Below are positions 9,491-17,121 of a stretch of 64,000 nt of DNA, piece by piece. Position numbers and translations under genes: made by a program. The stretch spans positions 28,861 through 92,860 of the IMG/VR virus record IMGVR_UViG_2627853687_000001. One strand, 5' to 3'. This stretch comes from a virus (taxonomy: Duplodnaviria > Caudoviricetes). The notes under the pieces are model-generated. The model saw nothing but the letters and a program-made list of their open reading frames with translations. It made no database searches and had not been told where the DNA came from. Position 1 is the stretch's first letter; the number at the start of each line of letters is the position of its first letter.

Positions 9491-9888
9491 GTACTGCTCC
9501 GCTTGAATTAACTACAAGCAATTCTAAGGATTGTATAATTCGAGCAAGTGCGAACGGCGTAAATATCGCCATTATTAGGAGGTATGAGCGGGTATTCAGG
9601 ACAAATCCGTGTGCAAAAAGTGTTTAGCTAAACTGGTTGGTGGCTTTATCCGGGAGAGAAGATTGTAGCGCTGGCAGTATCTGGCAGTGGTTGCGGCGGT
9701 GAATGTCAGTACCATTGATTAATATATCTTCTGGCCGGGCATGGGCGCGAATCCAGATGCTTTACTTAGAGTTTCAATCAAATCAGGCGGGCTGATAGTG
9801 CCGGATGAGGGTTTTCACCCGGCAGGAGCTGAATCAGGCAGTCAGTGGATGCTTTTCAGGCAGTGGCTTACCACACTGGACCATAAAG

Positions 9889-10239
9889 TTACCATGTCAC
9901 GTGCGAGCGTCTGAATAATGCCGTCGTAGTGCTGTTTTGGCGCAGCTTCCCCGTCGTCACCCACGAAAACCAGCCCCATAGCCGTACACCTTTGGTGATA
10001 TCCACGCTGTAAGCAAATCTGGGAGTTGATTCGAAGTGCGCCACCAGCTGTTCTGCACGCCATGCGAAGCACACGCCACAGATTTTGCTGAGCTCAAGCG
10101 TCACTGTGCCGCCAACGAGCATAGTTGAGGTTTCGGAACCTGCGCAGGAATTACTGTGTTTGCATGAGATTGACGTGATTTTGCAGTTATCAGCACGCCA
10201 GGCCAGCTGAGCCAGCCAGATAATTTTCTGCATTTCCAT
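9889..10239 (-). CDS. hypothetical protein (possibly frameshifted with 9842-10072)
   Basis: TAATG overlap with the upstream gene at 10239. Confidence 0.45.
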   Translation of the reverse strand: MEMQKIIWLAQLAWRADNCKITSISCKHSNSCAGSETSTMLVGGTVTLELSKICGVCFAWRAEQLVAHFESTPRFAYSVDITKGVRLWGWFSWVTTGKLRQNSTTTALFRRSHVTW

Positions 10240-10823
10240 TACACCAGCTTCCAGTCGTTTGCGAGAATATCGGTAGAAGCCGGCGCCCAGTCAGAGACGG
10301 TCAGCTGTTCTGCATCAATGAGTAGCAGCTGGGGCATCTGCGTGACAGTAGCCTCCGGGTTGCAGTCAAAGTAACGAGCCGGTACGCCGTACATGTCTGT
10401 CCCGTTCAGTGTGGCGCGCATCATGCCTCTGCTGAGGCGCAGATATACACCCTTCCCCCACGCTGCCCGCGCTACCTTGCAGCCCTCTGACAGCCATAAC
10501 TGCGCCACGGCCAACGGTGCGTGCTCCTGCCTGAAATTCAGTTCGCCGGTATTAATCATCGCTTCGTTGCGCAAGATCAGATCGTTGAGCTTAATCAGCG
10601 CAACACAGGCGGCGTGGTTCAGTGTTTCGCCATGACCGGTCATTGTCAGGCCGCTTTTACTAATAATGGCTGCATAACCGTCATTTTTGGTCTCAGACGT
10701 ATCTGTAATGGTATATCCGAGGCGTTCAATCACGGCCAGGAGTGCCATGTAGTCGCCTGCATAGTCGGCTTCTGCATCTGCAATCATGCCGATGGTTGCG
10801 TTTAACTGTTGAGCGGTCATCAT
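10239..10823 (-). CDS. DUF2829/Tad2-like domain protein with N-terminal extension
   Basis: C-terminal GCKVARAAWGKGVYL...WAPASTDILANDWKLV matches the DUF2829 signature. Confidence 0.8.
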   Translation of the reverse strand: MMTAQQLNATIGMIADAEADYAGDYMALLAVIERLGYTITDTSETKNDGYAAIISKSGLTMTGHGETLNHAACVALIKLNDLILRNEAMINTGELNFRQEHAPLAVAQLWLSEGCKVARAAWGKGVYLRLSRGMMRATLNGTDMYGVPARYFDCNPEATVTQMPQLLLIDAEQLTVSDWAPASTDILANDWKLV

Positions 10824-10825
10824 TA

Positions 10826-11113
10826 TCAGTAGTCTCGTTTCTGTTTGCGCTTCTGCGCTGCCTGTCTTTGTTTCTTCACGCCTGCATTGTTTGTGGCCAA
10901 ACGACGTATTCCCTGTTCGATCTCTTCCTGCACGGTTGGCCGGGTCTCCTCCACCACCAGCGTTCTGACCTGCGGGACGGGAAAGGTTGGCGGACGACGG
11001 GCAATCCAGCTGAGGCTTCCCATAATTGCCCCCATCAGTGCGATCTTCTTCATGCGTTTTCTCTTCCTGCAGGCGTGCAGAATCCCCGGCAGGCGCCGGT
11101 GATTAAATTTCAC
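10826..11113 (-). CDS. small basic hypothetical protein
   Basis: ORF ends 2 bp before the next start; the true start may be MKKIAL at 11053. Confidence 0.55.
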   Translation of the reverse strand: MKFNHRRLPGILHACRKRKRMKKIALMGAIMGSLSWIARRPPTFPVPQVRTLVVEETRPTVQEEIEQGIRRLATNNAGVKKQRQAAQKRKQKRDY

Positions 11114-11187
11114 CTGGTTAAATCCGGCGTGGGATACGCGCGGCGGTAATCTGATGCCTGTACCGGCGCATGGCCGGGTGGCTGTAA

Positions 11188-11293
11188 TGGCATTGTGCTG
11201 TCCGGATTCGAACCGGCTACCGTCCGTTTGTCCCCATCAGGCCTAACGGCTATTACATGGAACGGCGGTTGCTTCCGTTAAGCGACAACACAA
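11188..11293 (-). ncRNA. tRNA-like RNA with expanded anticodon arm
   Basis: Acceptor TGTGTTG/CAGCACA, D arm GCTT-AACGG-AAGC, T arm CCGG-TTCGAAT-CCGG, ~55-nt arm at the anticodon position, 3' ATGCCA. Confidence 0.65.
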
Positions 11294-11335
11294 CGGTAAA
11301 AGCACATTGCAGGCGCTCTTACCTGTTGTCCTGTA

Positions 11336-11458
11336 TCAGCCCGCCACCAGCTGCGCGATAAGCCACTTATGACCGGCAAACAGTCCGGCATTAAGCAGGC
11401 AGTGAAACATGACAAACTGCATGGCTCTGATGATCTTTGTGTAGGTGCTGTCACTCAT
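11336..11458 (-). CDS. 40-aa small hydrophobic peptide
   Basis: MSDSTYTKIIRAMQFVMFHCLLNAGLFAGHKWLIAQLVAG, weak SD (GGA/GAG), lies between RNA modules. Confidence 0.45.
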   Translation of the reverse strand: MSDSTYTKIIRAMQFVMFHCLLNAGLFAGHKWLIAQLVAG

Positions 11459-11525
11459 GCGCTCTGCGTCCGGATAAACTGACTGTCTGACACTGATAAT
11501 GCCTGACATATCAGGTATAGCGTTA

Positions 11526-11665
11526 GTGGTGGCCGGTGCCATATCCGGCAAGTAACCCCTCAAGTGACTGGTCAACCTGGTTACTGGCGGCTTTAACCCC
11601 TGTGTACGCGACTGAAGAAGCGGGGGCCAGTCTTGCGATCGCAGCAGCAACTGCGAATGCACCAC
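11526..11665 (-). ncRNA. cloverleaf-like structured RNA module
   Basis: GTGGTG/CACCAC closing stem, TCGCAG-TTGCTG-CTGCGA arm, GCCGG-ATATGGCA-CCGGC arm abutting the closing stem. Confidence 0.5.
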
Positions 11666-11742
11666 AACGGATAGAGCACTGACCATTCCTAGTCCAATGG
11701 CGCTCTGCGCAAAGCATCAATGCTCTTTCCTGTTAGTGTGCC

Positions 11743-11871
11743 TTATTTGCGGCGCTGCTTCTTCCTGCCGCCGCTTACCGCCTTGATGAATGTCTCGATG
11801 GCATAGATGGCCACCAGCGCATAAATCACGGTGAGAAACGGGTGCTCTGCAGCAAACTCTGATAACGACAT
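11743..11871 (-). CDS. 42-aa single-TM peptide with basic tail
   Basis: MSLSEFAAEHPFLTVIYALVAIYAIETFIKAVSGGRKKQRRK with AGGA SD; below the ORF-track cutoff. Confidence 0.6.
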   Translation of the reverse strand: MSLSEFAAEHPFLTVIYALVAIYAIETFIKAVSGGRKKQRRK

Positions 11872-11930
11872 ATCGCGTCCTGTCGTGGGAAATGAGGTTG
11901 TTGTGATCGTTTTCCGTTAGCGCGATTGTT

Positions 11931-12042
11931 CCATGAGGCGGGACTTAAACCCGCTTTGCTTTCGCAGCCCATCGCTGACCGCCTGTGTTGATTCACAGAC
12001 AAGGCTTTCGCCCCGTGGATTCCAGATCCACAACTCCTACGG
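11931..12042 (-). ncRNA. cloverleaf-like structured RNA module with GNRA loops
   Basis: GTGGA-TCTGGAA-TCCAC, GGGC-GAAA-GCCT, TGC-GAAA-GCA and T-arm-like GCGGG-TTTAAGT-CCCGC, enclosed by a GTTGTGGTGATCG/CGATCACAACAAC stem. Confidence 0.55.
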
Positions 12043-12245
12043 TGTGTGAAAGCGATCACCACAACGGTCGAGAACACTGAGCAACCACGCGCCAGTTGTT
12101 ATTTCAGTCACCTGCCAGTGTCCTCGCCGTTATGGGCTGGACTTTCCCAGCAGTCACGGCGTGTTGAGGTCTGCCGATACCCTGCCCCGCCACCAGCCAA
12201 ATTAGCCAGTAAACAGGGCATCGCCTGGTGTTGACGTGTAATGCA

Positions 12246-12360
12246 TGGGGGGCTGGTGCCACCAGCTGTCCGATACGGAATCTACGGACGGGTCATGTAA
12301 AGGAATTTGCAAAGCGTCAGGTAACTGTTCCGTCCCACGTGCGCACAGCCGCATTCCCCC
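12246..12360 (-). ncRNA. cloverleaf-like structured RNA module
   Basis: GGGGG/CCCCC(CA) closing stem, TGCG-GCTGTG-CGCA, GGACGG/CCGTCC long arm, GCTGG-TGGCA-CCAGC arm. Confidence 0.5.
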
Positions 12361-12437
12361 ATTTGTGAGCGCGCTGACAGAGGTAATCTTTCGCCAAACG
12401 CCAGTAAAACGACAGAAGCATCAGCGCGCTCACAAAT
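12361..12437. repeat. perfect 17-bp inverted repeat
   Basis: ATTTGTGAGCGCGCTGA (12361-12377) / TCAGCGCGCTCACAAAT (12421-12437). Confidence 0.95.
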
Positions 12438-12611
12438 AGTGATCCCTTACGAGGATCAGGCGGGAACATGTTTAAGCCTCATGGGGCGTTCTATGCGCGG
12501 GATTAGTCCATCAACCGCGTTCACTGCCATGACAGGAGGGGCTACTTGCCGTTCACCCTACTCATAACACACCCGGAAAAAGCTAATAACCGGGTGCGGC
12601 CCGTTACGAAC

Positions 12612-12675
12612 TGGTGCAGGTTGGCGGAATTGAACCGCCGACAATGGAACACTCTACCGACTGAGCTAAACCTGC
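12612..12675 (-). tRNA. 64-nt tRNA-like gene lacking the anticodon stem (pseudo-tRNA or decoy)
   Basis: GCAGGTT TA GCTC AGTCGGTA GAGT G TTCCATTGTC GGCGG TTCAATT CCGCC AACCTGC A CCA: intact acceptor, D and T arms plus encoded CCA, with only 10 nt where ~22 are expected. Confidence 0.8.
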
Positions 12676-13024
12676 TGAATAATTGCCGGTGCATACCCGG
12701 CGCGGACACTTAGGTATCTGGTCAACCTGCCCGCTTGCGGTAACAAATAGGTGTGGAGGCACCTGCCAGATTTGCATTGCGTTTGCCTCGCTGCCGAAGC
12801 GTTTCCCCGTTTCAGCCGTCAGCACACCTTGATGCGCTCACGGCTGAGCCTGGAAAAAAGGCCCGGAAACTACCGGGCATAAAATCCTACACACACAGCA
12901 AAGCCTACTCTGGAATAGACTTTGATTTGTGAAAAAATGCGGATTAAACAGACAGTTATGCCTAACCCGCCAAATGCCTATCATGATTTTGTATAGAGCC
13001 GAGATGCCCTTGTCAGCGGGGAGA

Positions 13025-13082
13025 AATGTACACAAAATGGAGTTATGAAGCAATGAAAATCTAAGAGTTTTCTTAGATTTTC
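13025..13082 (-). promoter_or_regulatory. sigma70 promoter with palindromic double operator
   Basis: TTGCTT-17-TACATT on the minus strand, immediately downstream of GAAAATCTAAGA-GTTT-TCTTAGATTTTC (13055-13082). Confidence 0.7.
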
Positions 13083-13110
13083 AAAGCAAAAGAAGGGAGG
13101 TATGTGAGAG

Positions 13111-14400
13111 TTAGCGGCGCTTTACTTTCGGGTTTGTAATGTTCTCAATATCGCCGTTGGCTTTCGCCCATTTTATACACCAGCTGTTCACGGCAGCGCG
13201 GATCTCCATCACAGAAGCCTCGCTTAACCCCTTCACTTTCGCCAGCTCAGCAGGGAGCTCGCCACCAGCATCGGCAACCGTCTCATATCCGGCCTTAGTC
13301 AGTGCGTTAAGGGCGCGTGTCGGTATGACCAGCTCGGAGACCGGCGAGGCTTTGCCGTCCAGAATGCGCTGGTGGAGACGTGGGAAATCCTGCGCTATGC
13401 GCTTCATGATGCGTGCGTGGAGCTCGTCGTTAACAGCGGTATCCCACATCGGCTCAAGTTCAGGCAGCAGACGGAATACCGGATTGCCCCATATACCTGG
13501 CACTACATCCATTGCAAGCATCATCGCGGTGCGGATCTGGAAATGGAAATCAGCCATTTCAATAGAGACGTCGCGGATGCCGTGGAAGACGCTCAGACCA
13601 AAGTGGAAGTTGTAGATGTAGCAGCCCACGTCACCGGAGCCGTCCGGCAGCTGAAGCAGGAACTGCTGCACGTCTTCCCGGCCATCGTGGAAATCGACAC
13701 GCTCTTTCAGGTGGTTATATAGCGCGGTTGTCTTAAGCAGGTCGTTAGCCGTCTCTGCGCGCAGGCGACGCTCATCGCCTACAACCTTATCCGCAATGTT
13801 CAGTTTGCTCTGTAAGTCCTGGCGTTTAACGCTTTCCTTTTTGCGGTCAGCGCGCATCTGCGAAATGGTTTTGTCCCGCTCGTTCAGGTCAGTTGCCAGG
13901 CGTTCAGGGTGCTTACGGCGGTACTGCGTGTGCTCCTGATTCAGCGTGGCCAGCGCCAGCTGCGCGGTCGTCAGGGCGGACTCCATATTCTGTAGCTTCG
14001 TTTCCGCTCTGATTGCCCGGTTCTCTGCTTCCAGCACGCTTTCTTTTGCCGCGTCTCTGGCTTCTTCAATGGCGTTCTGCGCATCGAGACGGATTTTCGT
14101 TATTTCGTTGTGGAGTGCGGACTGCGCGGCCAGCTGCTGCTGTACCTGCTCCAGCGCCTCGAACATCAGATTGTAGGTATCCGCTTCATAATTGAGGCGC
14201 AAACCGATATCGATCTGGATCTGCTCCAGCGCGTTAGTGCAGTTATCAAGAAGGCGCAGCTCCAGGTCATCGAGCGTCAGGCGTTTACGGACGGAATTAA
14301 GCTGGCCGTAGGCGGTGACAAAGGCCTGGTGAAGTACATCGTCATCAACGTTGCATTCAGGGAGATTTTGCAGCTGCTGGAGTGGAGCGAGAGTTGTCAT
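13111..14400 (-). CDS. PmgS-like coiled-coil protein with C-terminal RNAP alpha-CTD-like HhH domain
   Basis: Long heptad region; C-terminal VSELVIPTRALNALTKAGYETVAD...LAKVKGLSEASVMEI; size and position like P1 pmgS. Confidence 0.7.
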   Translation of the reverse strand: MTTLAPLQQLQNLPECNVDDDVLHQAFVTAYGQLNSVRKRLTLDDLELRLLDNCTNALEQIQIDIGLRLNYEADTYNLMFEALEQVQQQLAAQSALHNEITKIRLDAQNAIEEARDAAKESVLEAENRAIRAETKLQNMESALTTAQLALATLNQEHTQYRRKHPERLATDLNERDKTISQMRADRKKESVKRQDLQSKLNIADKVVGDERRLRAETANDLLKTTALYNHLKERVDFHDGREDVQQFLLQLPDGSGDVGCYIYNFHFGLSVFHGIRDVSIEMADFHFQIRTAMMLAMDVVPGIWGNPVFRLLPELEPMWDTAVNDELHARIMKRIAQDFPRLHQRILDGKASPVSELVIPTRALNALTKAGYETVADAGGELPAELAKVKGLSEASVMEIRAAVNSWCIKWAKANGDIENITNPKVKRR

Positions 14401-14434
14401 AGTGAGAATCAGATCCGCGTTTGAATTGCGGCGG

Positions 14435-14480
14435 ATGATAACTCGAAATTAACCACTGTCTAAGACTTTTCTTAGATTTC
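14435..14480 (-). promoter_or_regulatory. promoter with double operator upstream of the pmgS-like gene
   Basis: TCTAAGA-CTTT-TCTTAGA palindrome overlapping TAGACA-16-TATCAT. Confidence 0.6.
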
Positions 14481-14541
14481 ATTGAATGATTGAGGGAGGA
14501 TAGCTGGTGGCATTGTCCCGGACTCCGCCACCAGCAGAGGA

Positions 14542-14838
14542 TTAGAACAGTTTTAACGCCGCTATGACTAGGGCGGCTACAGTGACAATCATCACAACAT
14601 TCAACAGTACAGACGGCACTTTGATCTCGCCGGTCTCATACTCTGCCTGCGTCATGCGGCCCAGGTAACTGTGCGAGACCAGCACTGCGTTTTCGTCAAA
14701 GCTCAGCGTAACCCGGACATTCTCCAGCACCTGACGGGATACCTGTCGCGTGGCCAGCTGGACCACACCGGATCGCATTTTGCCGTTGTCGCCCATGTAA
14801 CAGACCGAATGGTAATGAAATGGCTTATTCAGGCCCAT
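14542..14838 (-). CDS. small protein with C-terminal TM helix
   Basis: 98 aa, hydrophobic C-terminus, coupled to the upstream ORF. Confidence 0.7.
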   Translation of the reverse strand: MGLNKPFHYHSVCYMGDNGKMRSGVVQLATRQVSRQVLENVRVTLSFDENAVLVSHSYLGRMTQAEYETGEIKVPSVLLNVVMIVTVAALVIAALKLF

Positions 14839-15356
14839 CAGCTGATAACTACCCAGTCACAGACGCGCATATCTTCAATGCTCATATCATGCATTTCTGT
14901 AGTGCCGTCCGGATGAGTCAGTTCCAGCACGTCACAGCCTTCATGCTCCTGCTCCAGCGACACAAAATAACCCGGCTTCCACGCTTCACGACGCATCAGC
15001 AAAGCCGGATCTTCTTTCATTTTCAGCAAGGCCTGGTCATAGCTGCACGCAATGGCACCGATACCAATTTTGCTCAAAGATTCGATCTGTGCCGTAGTCA
15101 TGCGTCCGCGTCCTTCTGTTAATGATTTTCTCAAGATGTAGCTAATCCCCTTCACGCCGCCGAAATAGTTCAGCTGGCGGTTGCTCATGCCGCTGCGCGT
15201 CATAAGCTCCTGCTTAGGTACTTTAAAAATGCCGACTTCCATAGCCATGTCGGCAAAAACCGAAAGCCCCCGGCCTAAGCTGTCGCGCGTTTTATTGCGG
15301 CGCGCATACTGCTCAAACGTGGGGCATCCGGTAAAAAATTGCGCATCAAAAAGCAC
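14838..15356 (-). CDS. protein with C-terminal DUF2829/Tad2-like domain
   Basis: SYDQALLKMK...MRREAWKPGYFV...SIEDMRVCDWVVI. Confidence 0.65.
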   Translation of the reverse strand: MLFDAQFFTGCPTFEQYARRNKTRDSLGRGLSVFADMAMEVGIFKVPKQELMTRSGMSNRQLNYFGGVKGISYILRKSLTEGRGRMTTAQIESLSKIGIGAIACSYDQALLKMKEDPALLMRREAWKPGYFVSLEQEHEGCDVLELTHPDGTTEMHDMSIEDMRVCDWVVIS

Positions 15357-15947
15357 TTATTCGCTCCAGAAACCGTCGTTCTCATGCGCTGGCATTGCTT
15401 CACCGGCTGTGAGAATTGCGTACTGCTCCATCACGCTGATCGTATCTTCAGGTGAAAATGATAAAAGAACGTAATACCCCTGCTCCTTAAGGCGACGCAT
15501 CCACGTCACCTGATGCTCTGAAGGCATACGCTTACCGTGTTTCTGCTCTACCCGCATTCCGTGATAGATGCCTGCCGGTATTTCCAGGGACATATCCGGA
15601 ACGCCCCGCTTTGCGCCCTCAGCCTCAATTGCTGCGGCGGTCGCCTTTAGGCGAAATCCTCCGTTAGGTACGGCATACAGATGGTCATAAATAACCCTGT
15701 TGTGACGGTGAAAATGGTCAAAGATTCGAACCTGATCGTAGTGCTCTTGCCTGCCTTTGCGCAGATCGGGTTTTTTGACGAGAGCGGCCAGCGCTTTTGC
15801 GTGAACCGATATTTCAGTAACTGCTGCTAACCAGGCCGACGCTTTGCCGGATTTTACCGACGCTCCACCAGCAGATTTATCAGCTACTTTTGGACGGGTT
15901 TTTTGGTTTTTCTTGTAGGAGTGCAACCACTCTTCACTGAAGCGCAT
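15357..15947 (-). CDS. pmgM: VRR-NUC nuclease (P1 PmgM homolog)
   Basis: MRFSEE start; EH..QV, AVPNGG, EG.KRGVPD, GMRVEQK, SEHQ..WMRRL..QGY motifs. Confidence 0.85.
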   Translation of the reverse strand: MRFSEEWLHSYKKNQKTRPKVADKSAGGASVKSGKASAWLAAVTEISVHAKALAALVKKPDLRKGRQEHYDQVRIFDHFHRHNRVIYDHLYAVPNGGFRLKATAAAIEAEGAKRGVPDMSLEIPAGIYHGMRVEQKHGKRMPSEHQVTWMRRLKEQGYYVLLSFSPEDTISVMEQYAILTAGEAMPAHENDGFWSE

Positions 15948-16083
15948 ATCCGGATTTGCCAACCGATGATTAAATAGTCTAAAAGGTGGATCTGCGTTGG
16001 GGGGTATTTTTAACGCTGAGACGGGAAAAAACAAGCCTGTAATCTACATCTTTCAAAGATAGTGATTACAGGCAGTTATCAGT

Positions 16084-16248
16084 TTACTGGTGCGCCATCC
16101 ACATAAACATCAGGGTATAGACAAGACCGGTTGTGGACAGACCGAGTACAACGAATTTGCCGATCATATTAGGAATCGTTGTGGCTTCAGCTACTGGAGC
16201 CTTGTTTGGAGTGGTATTAACAAAATCACGCTGCGCAAAATTAATCAT
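16084..16248 (-). CDS. 54-aa small membrane peptide
   Basis: MINFAQRDFVNTTPNKAPVAEATTIPNMIGKFVVLGLSTTGLVYTLMFMWMAHQ with AGAG SD; not in the ORF track. Confidence 0.55.
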   Translation of the reverse strand: MINFAQRDFVNTTPNKAPVAEATTIPNMIGKFVVLGLSTTGLVYTLMFMWMAHQ

Positions 16249-16261
16249 GGTATATTCTCTT

Positions 16262-16340
16262 TGTTAGGTGCAGGGGTGTACGTCGCCAAACTGAACCCCT
16301 GCAAAGTGAAAGCCCGGCCATATGGTCGGGCTTTTTCTTT
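16262..16340 (+). ncRNA. candidate antisense sRNA
   Basis: Extended -10 TGGTATATT, hairpin GCAGGGG...CCCCTGC, terminator AAAGCCCGGCC-ATAT-GGTCGGGCTTTTT. Confidence 0.45.
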
Positions 16341-16361
16341 GTCGCCGCCTTGGCTGCTTAA

Positions 16362-16393
16362 TGCAATCTAAGGGTTTTCTAATTTACCGTCAA
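16362..16393 (-). promoter_or_regulatory. operator-overlapped promoter of the pmg operon
   Basis: TTGACG-17-TAGATT; the -10 box lies within the TGCAATCTAAGGG operator motif. Confidence 0.7.
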
Positions 16394-16399
16394 CAAGAT

Positions 16400-16684
16400 T
16401 CATGACTTTTTGTCACTTTTCACCTGCAACAAGGCTCCAGATGCAGTTTTCAGGCGCTCAAGTGCATCCTGCAGGGCGAAAATCCAGCTGGTTTTATCCA
16501 GTTCCCGTACCCGCTTGACCCTCTCCTTTGTGTAGGGATTAATGACCCATACCCATGTTTCATTGTCCTTGCGATCGCGCATCGTGAATACCCCAGTCGG
16601 GGGGTAAAAATTCAGCTCCGCGCAATTGGCATAGGCATAGGCTTCCAGTTCCTCCAGCTTGAGGTATTTGTTTTCTCGCGGCAC
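16400..16684 (-). CDS. lxc: Lxc (Bof) C1 co-repressor homolog
   Basis: LEAYAYAN...WVWVIN...VRE...W pattern resembles P1 Lxc; darB-ulx-lxc synteny. Confidence 0.65.
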   Translation of the reverse strand: MPRENKYLKLEELEAYAYANCAELNFYPPTGVFTMRDRKDNETWVWVINPYTKERVKRVRELDKTSWIFALQDALERLKTASGALLQVKSDKKS

Positions 16685-16692
16685 GGTGTCTC

Positions 16693-17121
16693 CTAATATC
16701 TTCTTTTTTCTATGGATTCATCATAGCTGACGTACAGATAAGGTTCAGTATCATCCGCCGACGGCACAACAGGAAGCAGATGGTAAGCACTGAATACTGC
16801 ATCGTTCTCAGTGCGCTCGTCAGCATACAGATGAGCAGCAATGATCGTGAGGGCAGGACGTGAAAGCGAGTATATTTCAGCAATATCACTTTCAACTACC
16901 TGCCCGAATTTAGTAGTAGCACGTTCCAGCAACAACGTTTTAATCGCAGGCCACCATGGACCGAAAGCCCGGTATGCGAGTCTCGCACTGCTAACGCGCT
17001 TTACTAAATTTTCCAGATAGTTTACTGAAAACGCTTCCTCGGTTCGCCCGTCCAGTGCCAGAGGTAGCAGGCTCTCGATGTAGGTTTCAGTCGGTTTAAT
17101 GGTATCAATCAGTGTGGTCAT
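16693..17121 (-). CDS. ulx: Ulx, DarB incorporation factor
   Basis: MTTLIDTIKP, YRAFGPWWPAIK.LLLER, RPALT.IAA.LY match P1 Ulx. Confidence 0.9.
   Translation of the reverse strand: MTTLIDTIKPTETYIESLLPLALDGRTEEAFSVNYLENLVKRVSSARLAYRAFGPWWPAIKTLLLERATTKFGQVVESDIAEIYSLSRPALTIIAAHLYADERTENDAVFSAYHLLPVVPSADDTEPYLYVSYDESIEKRRY

Noticed and set aside
11188-11293. Intron-containing tRNA or tRNA-Sec
   Set aside because: The insert is far too small for group I/II introns, and no UCA anticodon or Sec-type arms are visible.
11286-12135. CRISPR array interpretation of the recurring CACAACGG motif
   Set aside because: Copies are degenerate, spaced ~370-400 bp apart and form long hairpins. No cas genes are present.
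11336-13053. ORF-track calls 11523-11720, 11826-12077, 12046-12234, 12245-12439, 12604-12825, 12838-13053 and the long form of 11336-11686
   Set aside because: No SD, atypical composition, and they run through strong RNA stems and the tRNA-like gene. Better explained as non-coding.
16090-16371. Plus-strand 93-aa ORF
   Set aside because: It crosses a terminator and operator; the minus-strand 54-aa ORF fits the operon direction and has an SD.
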